A stretch of DNA of 64,000 nucleotides from Mesotaenium endlicherianum (lineage: Eukaryota). Positions 11,588 through 25,200 of the stretch are shown here, in pieces (position 1 is the stretch's first letter; the number at the start of each line of letters is the position of its first letter). The position numbers and the translations under genes are program-made. Location: assembly GCA_009602735.1 (NCBI GenBank), contig WELA01003517.1, positions 705,473 through 769,472 of the forward strand, read 5' to 3'. The notes below the pieces were generated by a model. It was not told where the DNA came from, did no database searches, and saw only the letters and a list, made by a program, of their open reading frames with translations.

Positions 11588-14500
11588 ATGGCGAAGCTTG
11601 AAGCCTCATATGCATGCCTGCCAGCCACTCAGCGTGGAAGAGGAATTCTCATTGGTGGTGACCCGGACAAGTCCTGGATTTCGTACTGCAGTGGTAAATC
11701 TGTCATCTTGAGGAGCTTAGAAGACCCACGCCTCTGCGACGTCTATACAGAACACTCGTACAATACTACAGTAGCAAGGTTCTCCCCCAATGGAGAGTGG
11801 GTCGCGTCAGGAGACGTGTCGGGCCAGGTTAGAGTGTGGGGCCGAGGAGGCGAACATAAATTGCGGTTTGAGATGAGGGCTCTGGCCGGCAGTATAGACG
11901 ACATGCAGTGGTCTGCTGACGGGCAGCGCATTGTGGTATCTGGAGACGGGAAGGGCTCCCAGCTGGTCCGAGCCTTCATGTAAACATATCTCCCGCTTCT
12001 TCTCACGTGCAAAGCCTACTCATTCTTTTTCAGAAAATGATACAGATGTGCACAGCGATGGCATCTGAACAACTTGTGACTCGAGAGATGCACAATCATG
12101 GCCTCTAAATTTTCAGCTTTTCGCGTTCCTCAATCTCTACCTGGATGTTGTTGCCCTTGAGATATCACCTGGTTGCCCGAAGCCACCCACCTCCATTTCT
12201 CAGCTACATAGGATGACTCTCCATGACGATAGTAATTAGAGATCGATGGAGGATGAGAATTCTGTGGGCCACATGGCAGGCCTCCGGCTTCTATGCGACA
12301 TGCCGTGACTGCGGCCGCCCCCAGACATATGTGCCTCTCTGCATCACGAGCACCCCCACTGTTGCTGTGAGGGGAGGGGGAGGGAGAGGGGGCGAGGGAG
12401 AGAGTTGTAAGAGACCTGGTAACGGCAGGATTGGAGGGACATGCAAATAGTCATTAATGGGCGTCGGTGCCGCCGCAGTGTGCGTGCATGACGAGCTGCC
12501 ACGGGCTGCCACGTGTCATGCGTGCGCTTGCATGCAGGTGGGACTCGGGGTCCAACGTGGGCGAGTTTGAGGGCCACTCCAAGCGGGTGCTCAGCTGCTC
12601 CTTCCGCCCCACCCGGCCCTTCCGCATCGCCAGCTGCGGAGAGGACTTTGGCGTGAACTACTACGAGGGGCCCCCCTTCCGTTTCAAGACCTCCCACAGG
12701 TGAGGTGTGCCCTCCATCCATCGCAGCTCCCGCTGGGCTGCCCTCTGTGCCGCTCATGGTTAAACTATACACCTGGCTGTGCTGCTGGCATGCTTCTGTG
12801 TGGTGTGTGTGTGTGCGTGTTAGCGCGTGTGCACGCGTGCCCGCACATGACCAACCTCCTGCCTGCCTGCCTGCCTGCCATGGGCTCGTCCTCTCGTTTC
12901 CGTTGACAACCTGCTCTCCCACTCCACTCCACCTCCCGCACTCGCCGCCCCTTGCAGCTGGTGCTATTTGTCTGCCTGCCTGTGTGGCGACTGCCTGCGT
13001 CTGGCTTAGAGTGGTCTTGAAGGGGGGGCAGGGAGAGGGTGTGATGTGGTGGCTCATGGCTGGCTCCTTCCTCCTTCTATCTGTTTGATTTTTTTTCCCC
13101 GGGAGGAGGGCGTGTCAGAGAGCACACCAACTTTGTGAACTGCGTGCGCTACTCGCCTGATGGCACGCGCTTCATCACCGTCGGATCGGACAAGAAGGGC
13201 ATCCTGTTTGACGGGCAGACGGGGGAGAAGCTGAGCGAGCTGGCGCAGGAGAACGGCCACACAGGCAGCATCTATGCCGCCAGCTGGAGCCCCGACGGTC
13301 AACAGGTGGCATTTGTTCAACAGCACCCCCTGCCCAGCTCCAAGCCTCCCTCCCTCCTCCCGTACTTGCGGCATGATTGTCTCTGTGAAGCGCTTGACTC
13401 GTGTTTCTAAGGTAGACACCCGTGTTGTTGATTTTTAGTGCATGTCGAGGTGTGTGGCTGTGCTTGTTGCGCCCGCCATCTCGATGGTCAATGCAGCGAA
13501 GGGGGTGCACCCATTGTTGGATGGCCACGCCACACAAGTGTATACCTCGGGTGGTTGCCACAGCTGAAGCGGTGTGCATGCAATTGATGGCATTGCGCTG
13601 GTGGTGGTGCTGGGGTGGGAGTGGGTTGGGCCGGGGGGGGCGGGGGGCGGGCAGGTGCTGACTGTGTCGGCAGATAAGACTGCAAAGATCTGGGACATGG
13701 CTGCTGACGGTTCGTCGGGGAAAGTGAGCACCACCTTCTCGTTCGCCGAGCGGCCCTCCGTGGACGACATGCAGGTGCGCCCGCATGCCCGCCTGCCACT
13801 TGGCTGCTCGTGTAGCCTTCCTTGGGAGCTGGCTGGTTGCATGACCCCCCCTTCCTCCTCCTGCCCTTCCTCCTGCCCTTGCCCGCCACACCCTGAAGGA
13901 AGCTGAGCATGCAGCACCTCCTGCTTCTGCTCCTCCGGGTGCTTACGGCTGCGCGTCCTCCCGCTCCTGCTCCTTCCCTCTCCTGGCTGCTCGCAGCAGC
14001 TTGGCTCAGCCCCTTTCCGCTTGAGTGACCCCCCCGTTGACCTCAAATGACGTCAGTTGCCCTCCGTGGTGAGGGAGCCAGCGCATAGCCCCTTCGCCCG
14101 CGAGGAGCTCATGCTCATATCTCCTCCAGCTGGCGCCACTGTGACGGGGTGCTGCCCTTTCCCTCCTCTTTCAGTTGCCAGTCTATTTCTCGGAGGGCCC
14201 CCCCAATTCTAGCCGCCAGCATGTGGCCTTCTCTTGCCCCCTGTCGCCACTGAATCAAGCCAGCTCTGCGTCGCTTTGGGGCGTTGGGCCGCTCTCGCAG
14301 GTGGGCTGCCTGTGGCTGCCCGGCCACATCATCACCGTGTCTCTCAGCGGCAGCATCAACTACCTCTCCTCCTCCTCCCCCGCGCTCCCCCCCAGAGTCC
14401 TGGTAGGCCACAGCCGGAACATCACAGCCCTGACTCTGGCCCAATCTGATGGTGCCAGCGAGCTCTACACAAGCAGCTACGACGGCGTGGTGGTGAGGTG

Positions 14501-15988
14501 GCGCATGGGCGAGGGAGCCCTGGGAAATATGGGCGGCAAGGGCCACAGCGGCGCCGTGAAGGCCATGGCTGTCGGAGGAGGGCACCTTGTCACCTGCGCT
14601 CTCGACGACACCGTACGGCACCCCCCCTCTTTCCTCCCATCCCATCCCCTCCCCTGTCCTCCCTCCCCTGCCCTCCCTTGCTTGCTCCCTCCCTTCCACC
14701 AACTTCCCTTTTCCCTCTACCCCTTCCGCCACTTCTGGGTCCGCTCTCTCCAGTCATGCCACATTTCTGAAACATCGGCTGCACTTGCTGGTGGGATGAA
14801 TGAGAGGTGCCAGATGGTACACTTCCATGGGAGTATCAGCGACATGGCATAGGGAGGGACTTGGGGCAGTGACAAATCTAGCAACGAGAGGATCTGCCGC
14901 TGTGCTGACACGCTCAAGTGCGTGCGCCTCTATGGCTCTAATCTTTGGGGTCTTGTTTGAGAGTGGGTGCCAATCATGCCCCCCAGAGTCCTGAGGGGGT
15001 TTCTGCTGACGTGTCACATTGGTCTTCAGGTTGGGGGGGGGGAGAGGGGGCATAATGTGCAGGCAATGAGGATTACAGGGGATCTAACACCCAAACGAGC
15101 GCACCCGCCCCCTGCGCCACTCTGTGTTGTGACAGGTCCGACGGAGCAAGCTGCCAGCGGAGCAGTACAGCGACACGGAGCCCACTGCGCTTGGAGCGCA
15201 ACCGCACGACCTCTGCGTGGCCGCATCCGCGCCTGAGCTTGCCATCGTTGCAACCGCGAAGGGCCTGGTCCTCATGCGAGGCTCCGAGAAGCTGTCGAGT
15301 ACCGCTCTTGGCTACGACGCCACGTCGGCAGCCTTGTCGCCAGATGGCGCCGAGGCGGCTGTTGGCGGCTCGGACGGCAAGCTGAGGATATACAGGGTCA
15401 ACGGCGACAGCCTCGAGGAGGAAGCGGTGCTGGAGAAGCACCGAGCAGCCGTTGTGATCGTGCGCTACTCTCCCGATGGCTCCATGATTGCCTCCGGAGA
15501 CCAGAAGCCCGAAGCTGTTCTGTGGGACAGGAGCTCGAGAGAGGTACAAACCACCCCATGCCCTTTAAGCCACTTCTTCTTTATATCGCTTTCAGAGTAA
15601 GGGCATCATGAGCTGATATCTTGCAAAGAACCATATTCTACGCTTGTTTCGTCTAATTTTTACTACATATTCATCTTTCAACGCCCCTCTTTCAGCACTG
15701 TAGTTTGTGGTGGCGCTTGCTGGGTGTTCTCAGGTGAAGGTGAAGAACATGCTGTACCACACGGCCCGCATCACGTGCTTGGCGTGGGCACCGGACAGCC
15801 AACATTTTGCAACAGGCTCAGTGGACACCAGTGTAATCGTGTGGGACGTCAACAAGCTGGCCTCATCTCGGCTGACTATTAAGGGCGCCCACCCAGGAGG
15901 CGTCAGTGCGCTAACATTCATAGACAACAGCACCATATTGACGGGCGGGGATGACGCGTGTCTACGCACATGGGCACTCCCAGTATGA
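11588..15988 (+). CDS. AIP1: Actin-interacting protein 1 (WDR1), WD40; exons 11588-11979, 12538-12699, 13119-13305, 13655-13774, 14301-14612, 15136-15543, 15734-15988
   Basis: [81 protein letters not shown] and [17 protein letters not shown]. Splice phases are consistent. Confidence 0.93.
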
Positions 15989-16392
15989 GGTATCTTTTAA
16001 AGATCTACACACACCAGAGCTTCTAAGGTGAGGTGCTTTAGAAGGCAAGAATCAGATTTTGTAAATTTTGCGCGTAGGAAAAGTTCTCAGGAAGCATTTA
16101 CGCAAAAGATCAAGCTTCTGACGGCTTCCTCATCCCTAAAGCTCCAGCTCTCTTTTACCTAGCTTCTTGCAGGAGCTGCGGGTGACACAAAAAGGCTGCG
16201 CACCACTTCCATTACTGCTTGGAAAGCGTAGGGAGAAAGTGCCCAGGTGTTAAGCTTGCTGGCAGTCATGAAGGCTTGCTATGAGCAAGAGAATACTAGT
16301 TCCAAAGCAATGTGCTGGAGCAAGTAACAGCCATATCAGATAGTAACGAAGTTTTTTTCCATGATTGGCACCAATGATGGTGGACTGTCCAG

Positions 16393-18112
16393 TTAAGGTG
16401 GTGGAGATTCTCTAAGGATGTCGTAGACAATATCATCTATGGTAAAGCCTAACACCTTCATCATGTCTTTGACTCGAGCATCAGGGTTGGGATGCTTCTG
16501 CGCTCTCAGCCATTCGTAAACAGTGAAGTACTTCTTCATTCCAAACAGCTCCATCGCCTCAGGGTTGTAGACGATCCCCATCTTTCTGCTCATCTGTAAA
16601 CGAAACGAGTTCAAGATTCAGTTCTACGGACTGCAACCCCCCAGGACAGTGACAGGGACTTGCCTGCAAAGAATGTCTTAGAAGTGATCTTCATCAATAT
16701 ACCCAAACGGTTCAATTGGTCCACTCTCTTTTGTACTTAAACACAACACGAACGGGCATACACATTAGAAACGAGGACAGCAAGAGCCGCTTGCAACTGC
16801 TGCAGCTGCAGCATAAAGTGATGATAAATGCCTCCCGTGATCCATGACAATGCAGCAGCGTAGGAATGAATGAAGAAAGAGGATGCACCTGATGGGGAAC
16901 CAGCATGGCAGCGTAGCGCGCCAGCTCGCCAGCTCGCCAATCAAGTACAGCTGGCAACCACGGATATGCTGTGTCCAGCCTCACGAACCAGACACGCACA
17001 TCTGGTAGCTCGGAGAGCTCTCTGGGATCTAGTGGGTCGTCTCTCGTGTAATTGATTGTGAATCCTACGGTGCTGTCTAGGAGGTCCCTTATGTTTCCCT
17101 CCGGCTCTGACACGTTATCACCTGCTCTGCACCCAGCCCCAAACCATCCCGTAGAGTTCTGAACTATACTCTCAATGAGATCAGAACTGTCACCTCCAGG
17201 TAAGCTCGTGCCAGACGAATTGATTCCATGTGTCGATGCATCCTTGAACCAGAAGTTGAAGTCATACAGCAAGACTTCGTTCAAACAACGGTTCCAAGTG
17301 TTGCAAGTAGCAAGTGCACAGAAAGTAGCAAAGTTCTTTATCTGCTTCACACGTCTGTATATGTATGTTATGCACTCGAGCCATCAGCCACCATCAACCT
17401 TCGCATCACGCATGTGTGGCACAAATTGTCAGAACAAAACCCGTCTAGTAGGATATGCAGCACGCACGTACAAAACTCACACTCACCTACTCGTGCGACA
17501 AAGGACCGCAAGACTTCATGTGCAGCTGTCAAGTCGATGTCCCGGATCATCTTGTTGTCAATGGTAATCTCAAAGCGACCACTTGTAGGAGGAGGGCTTG
17601 GCGATATATCCTCACTTACTTCATGCCACATGCAGTAGAATAAATATGTTAGGGAACCATAGATACTTCTCTTCTGTAGTTCAAAAGCACAATCTTCAGC
17701 AGCCAAAGCTGTAACTGCTGTGGCTAACTTCCTCATCAGAAGTACTCAAGCTCACAAATTTACAGTTTAGAAGAAACATATAGACGCAGACATCACTACC
17801 TTCGTCATCCAAGCTGAAGTCGAAGTTGCCCTGTGCAGCTCTGAGCTGCCGATGAGTGGGGTCAGCACGAGTTAACAGTGCTGCAACTTGACAAGGCCTA
17901 CTTGCAAATACCCTGTGAGATTGCTTACAACTCCTTGGGCACTGCTGACCAGCGCTGCAGATTAAGTTTTGAGATACTACGTGTTTAAAGACCTGGCCAG
18001 GGTATACAAGAGTCATAGAATTTTGGTTTGCGAATGACAGGCATTTATGACTCTTAGAAAGATCAAGCGAAGCAAGAGAACACAGTCGCTGGGGTGCACA
18101 AATAGTGGCCAT
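16393..18112 (-). CDS. CRR6: Chlororespiratory reduction 6 (chloroplast NDH assembly factor); exons 18112-17800, ~17618-17487, 17121-16889, 16593-16393
   Basis: DPRELSELPDVRVWFVRLDTAYPWLPAVLDWRAGELARYAAMLVPHQ and GIVYNPEAMELF match the CRR6 family. The N-terminus is Ser/Arg-rich and transit-peptide-like. The exon 2 acceptor is uncertain. Confidence 0.88.
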
Positions 18113-18688
18113 TGTGGGAGGTACTTTGTCGTAAATAGAGCCAAGATCAACCTTGCTGCTTATTTCAGATACTGAGAGGATCCATCGCGTGAACGAACGA
18201 GGGCTCTCCACACTTGAATGCTCATGGTGAGTGGCTTAATACGTTTCACGAGTTCTAAAGAGTGTACGTATCTCAATGTTACCTAGTGTTCTCTGTACGT
18301 TTGGAGCGCCTTCGTTCTAGTGTCCATGTTTCTACGAGTTTAAATTCCTGTCATCACTCAGAATCGTCTCGTCCACACGATTTAGCCGCTACTAAATAAT
18401 TTACACAACCTGTAAAAGCTTACAGCAATTTCCACCAATTTAGAGATGTTATTAAAGTTGTCTCAGCCTGTCTCAGCCGACCCCAATCAACCCCAACAGT
18501 CCCCGAGGTTCCAGAATGGCAACAAGGTGCAAGAGAGTCAACGGTCCACGGCACATAGGTCAAGCAAGAGAAGCGGACAGGTAAAAGGTACAAACCATCA
18601 CAAAACCCGTTCGCTCGTACAATATGGTGATTTTTCGCACAAGTTCGTGACTTCTTTGTGACAAAATGATTATTGACTCGCTTCCTTG

Positions 18689-18736
18689 TTCAAACCAGTT
18701 CAAACCTGGTTCAAACACATTCAAACCAATTCAAAC
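18689..18736. repeat. Five copies of TTCAAAC at 10-11 bp period in the CRR6/URT1 divergent intergenic region
   Basis: TTCAAAC starts at 18689, 18699, 18710, 18720 and 18730. Confidence 0.85.
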
Positions 18737-19216
18737 AATACTACATTGAATGCATGCAGCTAGGCTTTCACACGTGACTACTTTGATCATCGGATGTGCC
18801 GCTGATTTAGCTCTCTTGGCCCAGCAATATAAACGTACGTTTTAGACATTCGCTTCGCAGCCTAAAAGTATCAGGACTGCTCGACATCCCCTCGTGAGCA
18901 TATGAAGGAGCTGCACGGACATGTTAGCAGTCTTTCGAGCTTTGAGACAAAATCGAGGGCGATATCTTACCATGTGCATGCTTGAAGGTCTACTCAGTGG
19001 TAGAAGGCTTGCGCAGGCATCCTTCCGGAGTTGGGAGTTTCGTGACCATAGGCTTCAGCCTCAAGGTTATGACAAATATCACCAGCGTAATGTTGCTGAA
19101 GCGCTATAGCGAGCACGCGTTTAACAGGTAGAGTTAGTAAGTCTATGATCCGTTTGTACGCTTCCTTATTTATTAGCGTGGGCTCATAGACGAGATCAGG
19201 GATTTTACTTCCGGAC

Positions 19217-22200
19217 ATGAGTCATCCACCCTTCAATTTGCAGCAGGTTCCTCGTCAGTATCCCGCTTATGACCCCCCTTCTTACTTTGACGACCCTTCT
19301 GCCCGTAATCCTCATCAAGCACGTCTCGGACTTGGTGAAGAGCCAGCACCTCGCTATGTCCCCAGCCCCGTTCAACTACATGGAGCCGGCTTGAAAGTTC
19401 CAAGCTCAGAGGATGGTTCTGCTTTGTTGCAACTCCTGCAACATAAGAACTTATCTCGGGGAGATGTCAACCTGCTGGCTCGCAGCAACATTGACAATAT
19501 AGCTCCTCAGGGTAGACTTTCACCATTGGGGTTGATGTCAAGCGGAGGCGCTGCTCATGAGGGAGGCCTGTGGCATCTTCCAGACCCTGCTGTTGCAGCA
19601 GTAGGTCCTAGCTATCCGACACAGCTGGCTACTCCGGGGCCTCTCCCAGCTGCCTTGCCTCCTTATGGGCTACCTGGTCATGCTCCAAGTATAGGTGGCG
19701 CCTTGGCATCTTATTTGGCAACTCAAGGGACAGGGCAAATTTCTGCATGGGATATGCATCCTGTACCCACTGGTTTTGGTGGACTACCTTCTTATGGGGG
19801 GCCTTTGCATCCGCCGCATTTTCCTGGTAGTAATTTCAGACAGGCTGGAGCACTTGCGGGTGAGTACTTACCAAATGCAGCAGTTCTTGCCAAAAGGCAG
19901 CAGTACGAAGCTGCACTCAATCACAGGCAGCAGCTTGAAGAGCAGCAGCAGCAGCAGTTGTTCATAAAGCAGCAAAAGGAACTGTTATTCTTTCAGATGC
20001 AGCAGCAGCAGCAGCAACAACAACAGGTTCAGCAGCAGCAGCAGCTGCTGCTCCTGCAGCAGCAACAACAAGCTCAGCAGCAGTTGCAGCAGCAAGAGGT
20101 TCAGCAGGAGCAGCAGCAGATGCAGCAAGAACAACATTGGCAGGGTTCTTCAGAGGTGCATGCAGATGGCCAGCATGTGGTGTCAGAACAGGGGAGTGCG
20201 AGGCCTTCCCTGAGCGGGTCTGAGCTCCTGAGCCTTCTGCAGGGCTCCAGGTCTCGCTCCATGCCAAGGCCCCAATCCTCCTCAGACACTCAGACGCATG
20301 CCAAGCCAGCAGATGCAACAAGCCTTGAAAACCACAACTCTGAGCAGGACAGCCAATATGGAGCATTCGCATTCGGTACAGGTCAACCTCTCGAGGCCGG
20401 CAAGGAGGGTGCGGGGAGAGGAGCAGTTGCTCATGGACCCATCGGGCCCCCCAGTAAGCAGCCCCAGACCCAAGCAGCAGCAGCAGCGGCAGCATCTTGG
20501 CTGGGCGATTCCCCCTCCGCGCACTCCTTTGGGCCTCTCTTTGGGGTTCCCCAGCAGCTGCATGCTGGCCATCCACCAGGGTTTCCAGACGCCAGAGATC
20601 GTATCTTCAACCCAGGAACTGCCCCTCTTCCTCCCGGGCCGCTTGCTGCTTCCTCCTCTAGCCCTGGCCCTGGCCCTGGCCCTGCTGGCCTTCTTGGGCT
20701 CGGCGCCGTTGGGGGGCTGAGCCAGGACCCGGACACTGATCAGGGTGGTGCTCTGAGCTCGTCTGTCAACGGCAGTGCAAGCCGTGCGTCCGCCACCGGC
20801 GCTAATCAGAGAGGCTTGCAGGATGCCATCATGGCAAGGCAGCTGGACCCCCCACCCTTGGAGCCGCCGCCGCCTGCTTTTGCCAGCAGCTCGGATCAGA
20901 TCTTCAGCGGGAGGCCCAAGGGGGGGAGGGGGGGGAACGCCAGCAGTCTGGGCCCACCCGGCCCTGCTGCTCATCACCTTCAGGAGCAGCAGAGTCCTGT
21001 AAGCGGCAGGGCTGTGGGGCGGCCTGCCCGCGCTTCCTCCTCCTCCGGCGCCCCTCCTGGGCCAGCTGTCGCACCTGCGGCATCCGATGGGAGGCCTCTG
21101 GCAGGCGCACCGAGGAGGAACTCGGGCGGCACAGACCCACTTCTCATGAAGAGGCAGGGGGGAGCGACGGCAGCCAAGCCAGCATCTGGTGATCAGAGGG
21201 CCCCCGCGAGTGACAGATCAGCAGCAGTGCCTGGGGAGGGCGGCCACAGCGGCCCCGCCAGCCTTGCTGAGCTGGCAGAGCCACGGGGAGCTGGCATGTG
21301 GGCACCTGGAGGCCCTCTGGCGCCTAATTGGGGGGAGGAGGGGCTGCCAACGGACCAGGCGGGCGGTACGATGGGGGGGCAGAATGGAGGAGGCCCCCTC
21401 CTGAGAGACGAGGGCAAGGGCCATGGCAATGGCAGCGCCAGCCAAGGGCATGAGGGCAGCAGCAAGTGGACACCGAGACCCATGGAGGTGCCAGCATGGC
21501 TGCTGACTCAACCTGAGGCTGCCGGCCAGCATGACAGTGAGCACGGCCAGCACAATGCCGGCGCTGGCCTTGTGCTAGCCCAGAATGGCCAGCCTCATGC
21601 TCGTGCTCAGGCTTCAGGTGAGGGGAGGAGCCTAGAGGTCTCCTTGGCGGAGGAGCTGCAGGTGCCGCCGCTGGCATCGCAGATTGACCGGCCGGTGACC
21701 GTGGATGCCCTCAGCTCGGAACCGGGCGACGCCATCCTGCAGGCCAAGCGCCAGGTGGCTGCGCTGCAGGAGCAGCAGGAGCTCCTGAGTGCAGCTGAGC
21801 TGGGCGAGTTGAGCCTTGGTGGCGAGAGAGGGGAGCAGCAGCAACAGCAGCAGCATGGGGCTGGCAATGGCGGCACCTCCATCTGGGACCCTGTGGATCA
21901 CGCAGCTGCGGGCAAGAGAAGCAGCGGCGGGGACTCATGGCCCCAGCGGGGCGGCCTGTCGCGCGCTGTCAATGGCTTCATGGGTGGACAGGTGGCGGTT
22001 GCGCAGCAGCTGGAGGAGCGCAGGCCTGAGGCAGGTGGGCCATCTGATCGAGCTGAGAACGCGAGAGAAGCAGCGGAGAGCCAGTTGGTAGTCCAGCCAG
22101 GTGGCATTCAGGTGCGGCTCTCTCCCTTTGAGTGAACACCAGGGCGCAGAGAGCACTTTTGCCGGCGAGCTACTGGGCACACTCCCTTCATGCTGCATGT

Positions 22201-25200
22201 CCCTCTCGCGTCGTTGTGTGATTCAGCCCCCTTCGACAGCCTCTGCCAGGTACCCGCACCTGTATGGAGGCTGTCAGCAGGGCGTGCGTAGGGGATGCAG
22301 CCCATCTTCATTCTAGGCCCACTTCTTGCCAGCTGTGAGAGTAGGACTAGGATGGTGCCCCACAAAGTGTCACTATGTAACATTTGTAAGGGGCACTGGA
22401 GCTTATTCCTGTGCAGGCAGTCCTTGTATGCATCGAACACATGGTACTGGGAGTAGGAGTCGAAGGAGTTGAAAAAGCAGGAGTGAGGGAGGCAGAAGTG
22501 CTCAGGCCTACAGATGCGAGTGTGTTGCTCCCTCTCAGCATCGTGTGCACCTAAGCAAAAGGGAGCGTGTGTATGACTGTGTGTGTGTGTGTGTGTGTGT
22601 TTGTGTGTGTGTGCGTGCTCGCATGCGCTCTCGCGTGCATGTGCAGATCCCCGGCGCCCAGAAGGACAGCAGGAGCCGGCTGATCAGCAGCGAGTCCCCC
22701 GTGGGCTCCAGCTCCCCCGCCGCATTCTCGTACCCGTCGACGTCGCCCACCATGATGCGCATGGGCAGCTTCCAGGGCCGCCAGAGCCTGGACGGGGGGG
22801 GGCGCGCCCGCGGCGAGATGGAGCTCATCACGCGCAGCCTGGTGGCGCTCTGCGACTCGCTGATCCCCACGGCGGGCGAGGAGATGCGGCGGCGGCTGTT
22901 CCTGGCGCGGCTGGACCAGCTGGTCGCGCGCAGTTGGGCGCACGCGAAGCTGTTCTTGTTCGGGTCGTGCGCCAACGCGTTTGGCGTGCGCGACAGCGAC
23001 ATCGACGTGTGCTTGTCGGTGGACGACCCGCAGGCCTCCAAGGCCAACCTCATCGCGCGCATGGCCAACATCCTGCGCTCCGACGGCATGCAGAACGTGC
23101 AGGTGTGTGCGGGCATGGGGTGGGCTTTCTGCTACCTGAATGAGCTGCGCTGCTGCTGCTGTGTGTGTTGTGTGTGTTGTGTGTGGTTTCTGTAGTGTGT
23201 GCGCGCATGGAGAGAGGGGGGGGAGGGAGGGGGGAGGGATGCCTTTGGTGCTGGTGCTACTGGATGACCTCAAGGCCTGATCCTCGGGGGAGGGAGAGAG
23301 TGCTGGCCCCGGTCCACGCCCGCTTTACCCACGCTGGCTCTCTGATGCGCTTCACTCATTCGCATTGGACGGCAGTGCGGAGCTTCGGAAAGGCCTTCCC
23401 CAGGTTCTTCATGTGCTGCTGCTGCTGTTGCTCAGGGGCAGTCCTCGGAGCTCCTGCACTCGCGGGCTTGCGTGGCGTAGCTTGCTTAGCTGGCACCTAT
23501 GCCTGCTGCCTGCTCCGTCCTTGCTGCTGGTGGACTGACGAACTCCTGGGGCGCCACAGCAGGTGCCGACAGTGCGACTGCGGCACTCGTGAACCCTCCT
23601 TATGTGCTGTGTCGCCTTTCTCCTTCCGCAGGCGCTGACGCACGCGCGCGTGCCGGTGGTGAAGTTCATGGACGCGGGCACTGGCATCTCGTGCGACATC
23701 TGCGTGAACAACATGCTGGCCGTGGCCAACACCAAGCTGCTGCACGACTACGCGCAAGTTGACCGGCGGCTGCGCCAGCTGGCGTACCTGGTCAAGCACT
23801 GGGCCAAGCAGCGCCAGATCAACGAGACATACCGCGGCACTCTCTCCTCCTATGCGTAAACTCACAAGCATATAGCCCTTCCCCCCCCCCNNNNNNNNNN
23901 NNNNNNNNNNNNNNNNNNNNNNNNNNNNNNNNNNNNNNNNNNNNNNNNNNNNNNNNNNNNNNNNNNNNNNNNNNNNNNNNNNNNNNNNNNNNNNNNNNNN
24001 NNNNNNNNNNNNNNNNNNNNNNNNNNNNNNNNNNNNNNNNNNNNNNNNNNNNNNNNNNNNNNNNNNNNNNNNNNNNNNNNNNNNNNNNNNNNNNNNNNNN
24101 NNNNNNNNNNNNNNNNNNNNNNNNNNNNNNNNNNNNNNNNNNNNNNNNNNNNNNNNNNNNNNNNNNNNNNNNNNNNNNNNNNNNNNNNNNNNNNNNNNNN
24201 NNNNNNCCCCCCCTCCTATCTATCTGTCTATCTGTTGCTGTCCCCTGCATACATGCACACACATACTCGCACACGCGCTCGAATGTGCAGCTGCCTGCGC
24301 CTAGTCCCACGCCGCCAGCGGCTTTCTTGCTGCAGGCAGGATCTGCACAGGGCTGAGCGGATCTCTTACTGATCCAGGCTCGTTGTATCAGACAACAATG
24401 CTGATGTTAGGGTGCTCGGGGAACCTGTTGCTTGTCCTGGTGCTCGTGCTAATGCTGATCCTAGTCGCACGGTGCGGGGCTTTCTGGTGAGCAGGTACGT
24501 GCTCATGTGCATCTTCTTCCTGCAGCAGCGCAGGCCTCCCATTCTTCCAGTCCTGCAGGTTGGTTCCCCTCTGCCCCTGCTCATTGCATGCGCGAGCACC
24601 CATGTGTACTTAGTGTGTTTGTGTGTATGCGTCCATCTGGTCTCCTCTGCTCCTTTAACGAAGTGGTGGCGGTGCGCGCGCGCGTGATGAATGCATGGAA
24701 TGCCAGGAGATGGACCCCACGTGCGTGAAGCAGGTGGGGGACACAGTGTGCGCGCACTACGACCGCGTGGACCAGCTGCAGGAGTTTGGAGCGCGCAACA
24801 CGGAGACTGTGGGCGAGCTGCTGGGGGCCTTCTTTGAGTACTGGGCCTTCCGTCACGACTACAATCGCGCCGTCATCAGCGTCCGCCTCGGCGCATATCT
24901 CAGGTGGACCCCAACTTCCCAATGCCACCTCCCTCTCTATCTTGTCACGCTCTCCTGTTCTTGCCCTCTTCTTCACTCTCTTGTGTGGAGTCATTCAAGT
25001 TTTTGTTTTACTGCAAGGCTGAACAACAATATGGACCAATTTCAGTTTAAAAAAAATGCCAATCCTTAGCATTCGGCTTTTCAGCCTTCTCAACCAATTC
25101 TATGTGTTTTGTGTATATGGGGCGGGGGGGTGTGTGAGGACAGCAAGGACCAAAAGGACTGGACGCGGCGTGTGGGCAACGAGCGCCACCTCATTTGTAT

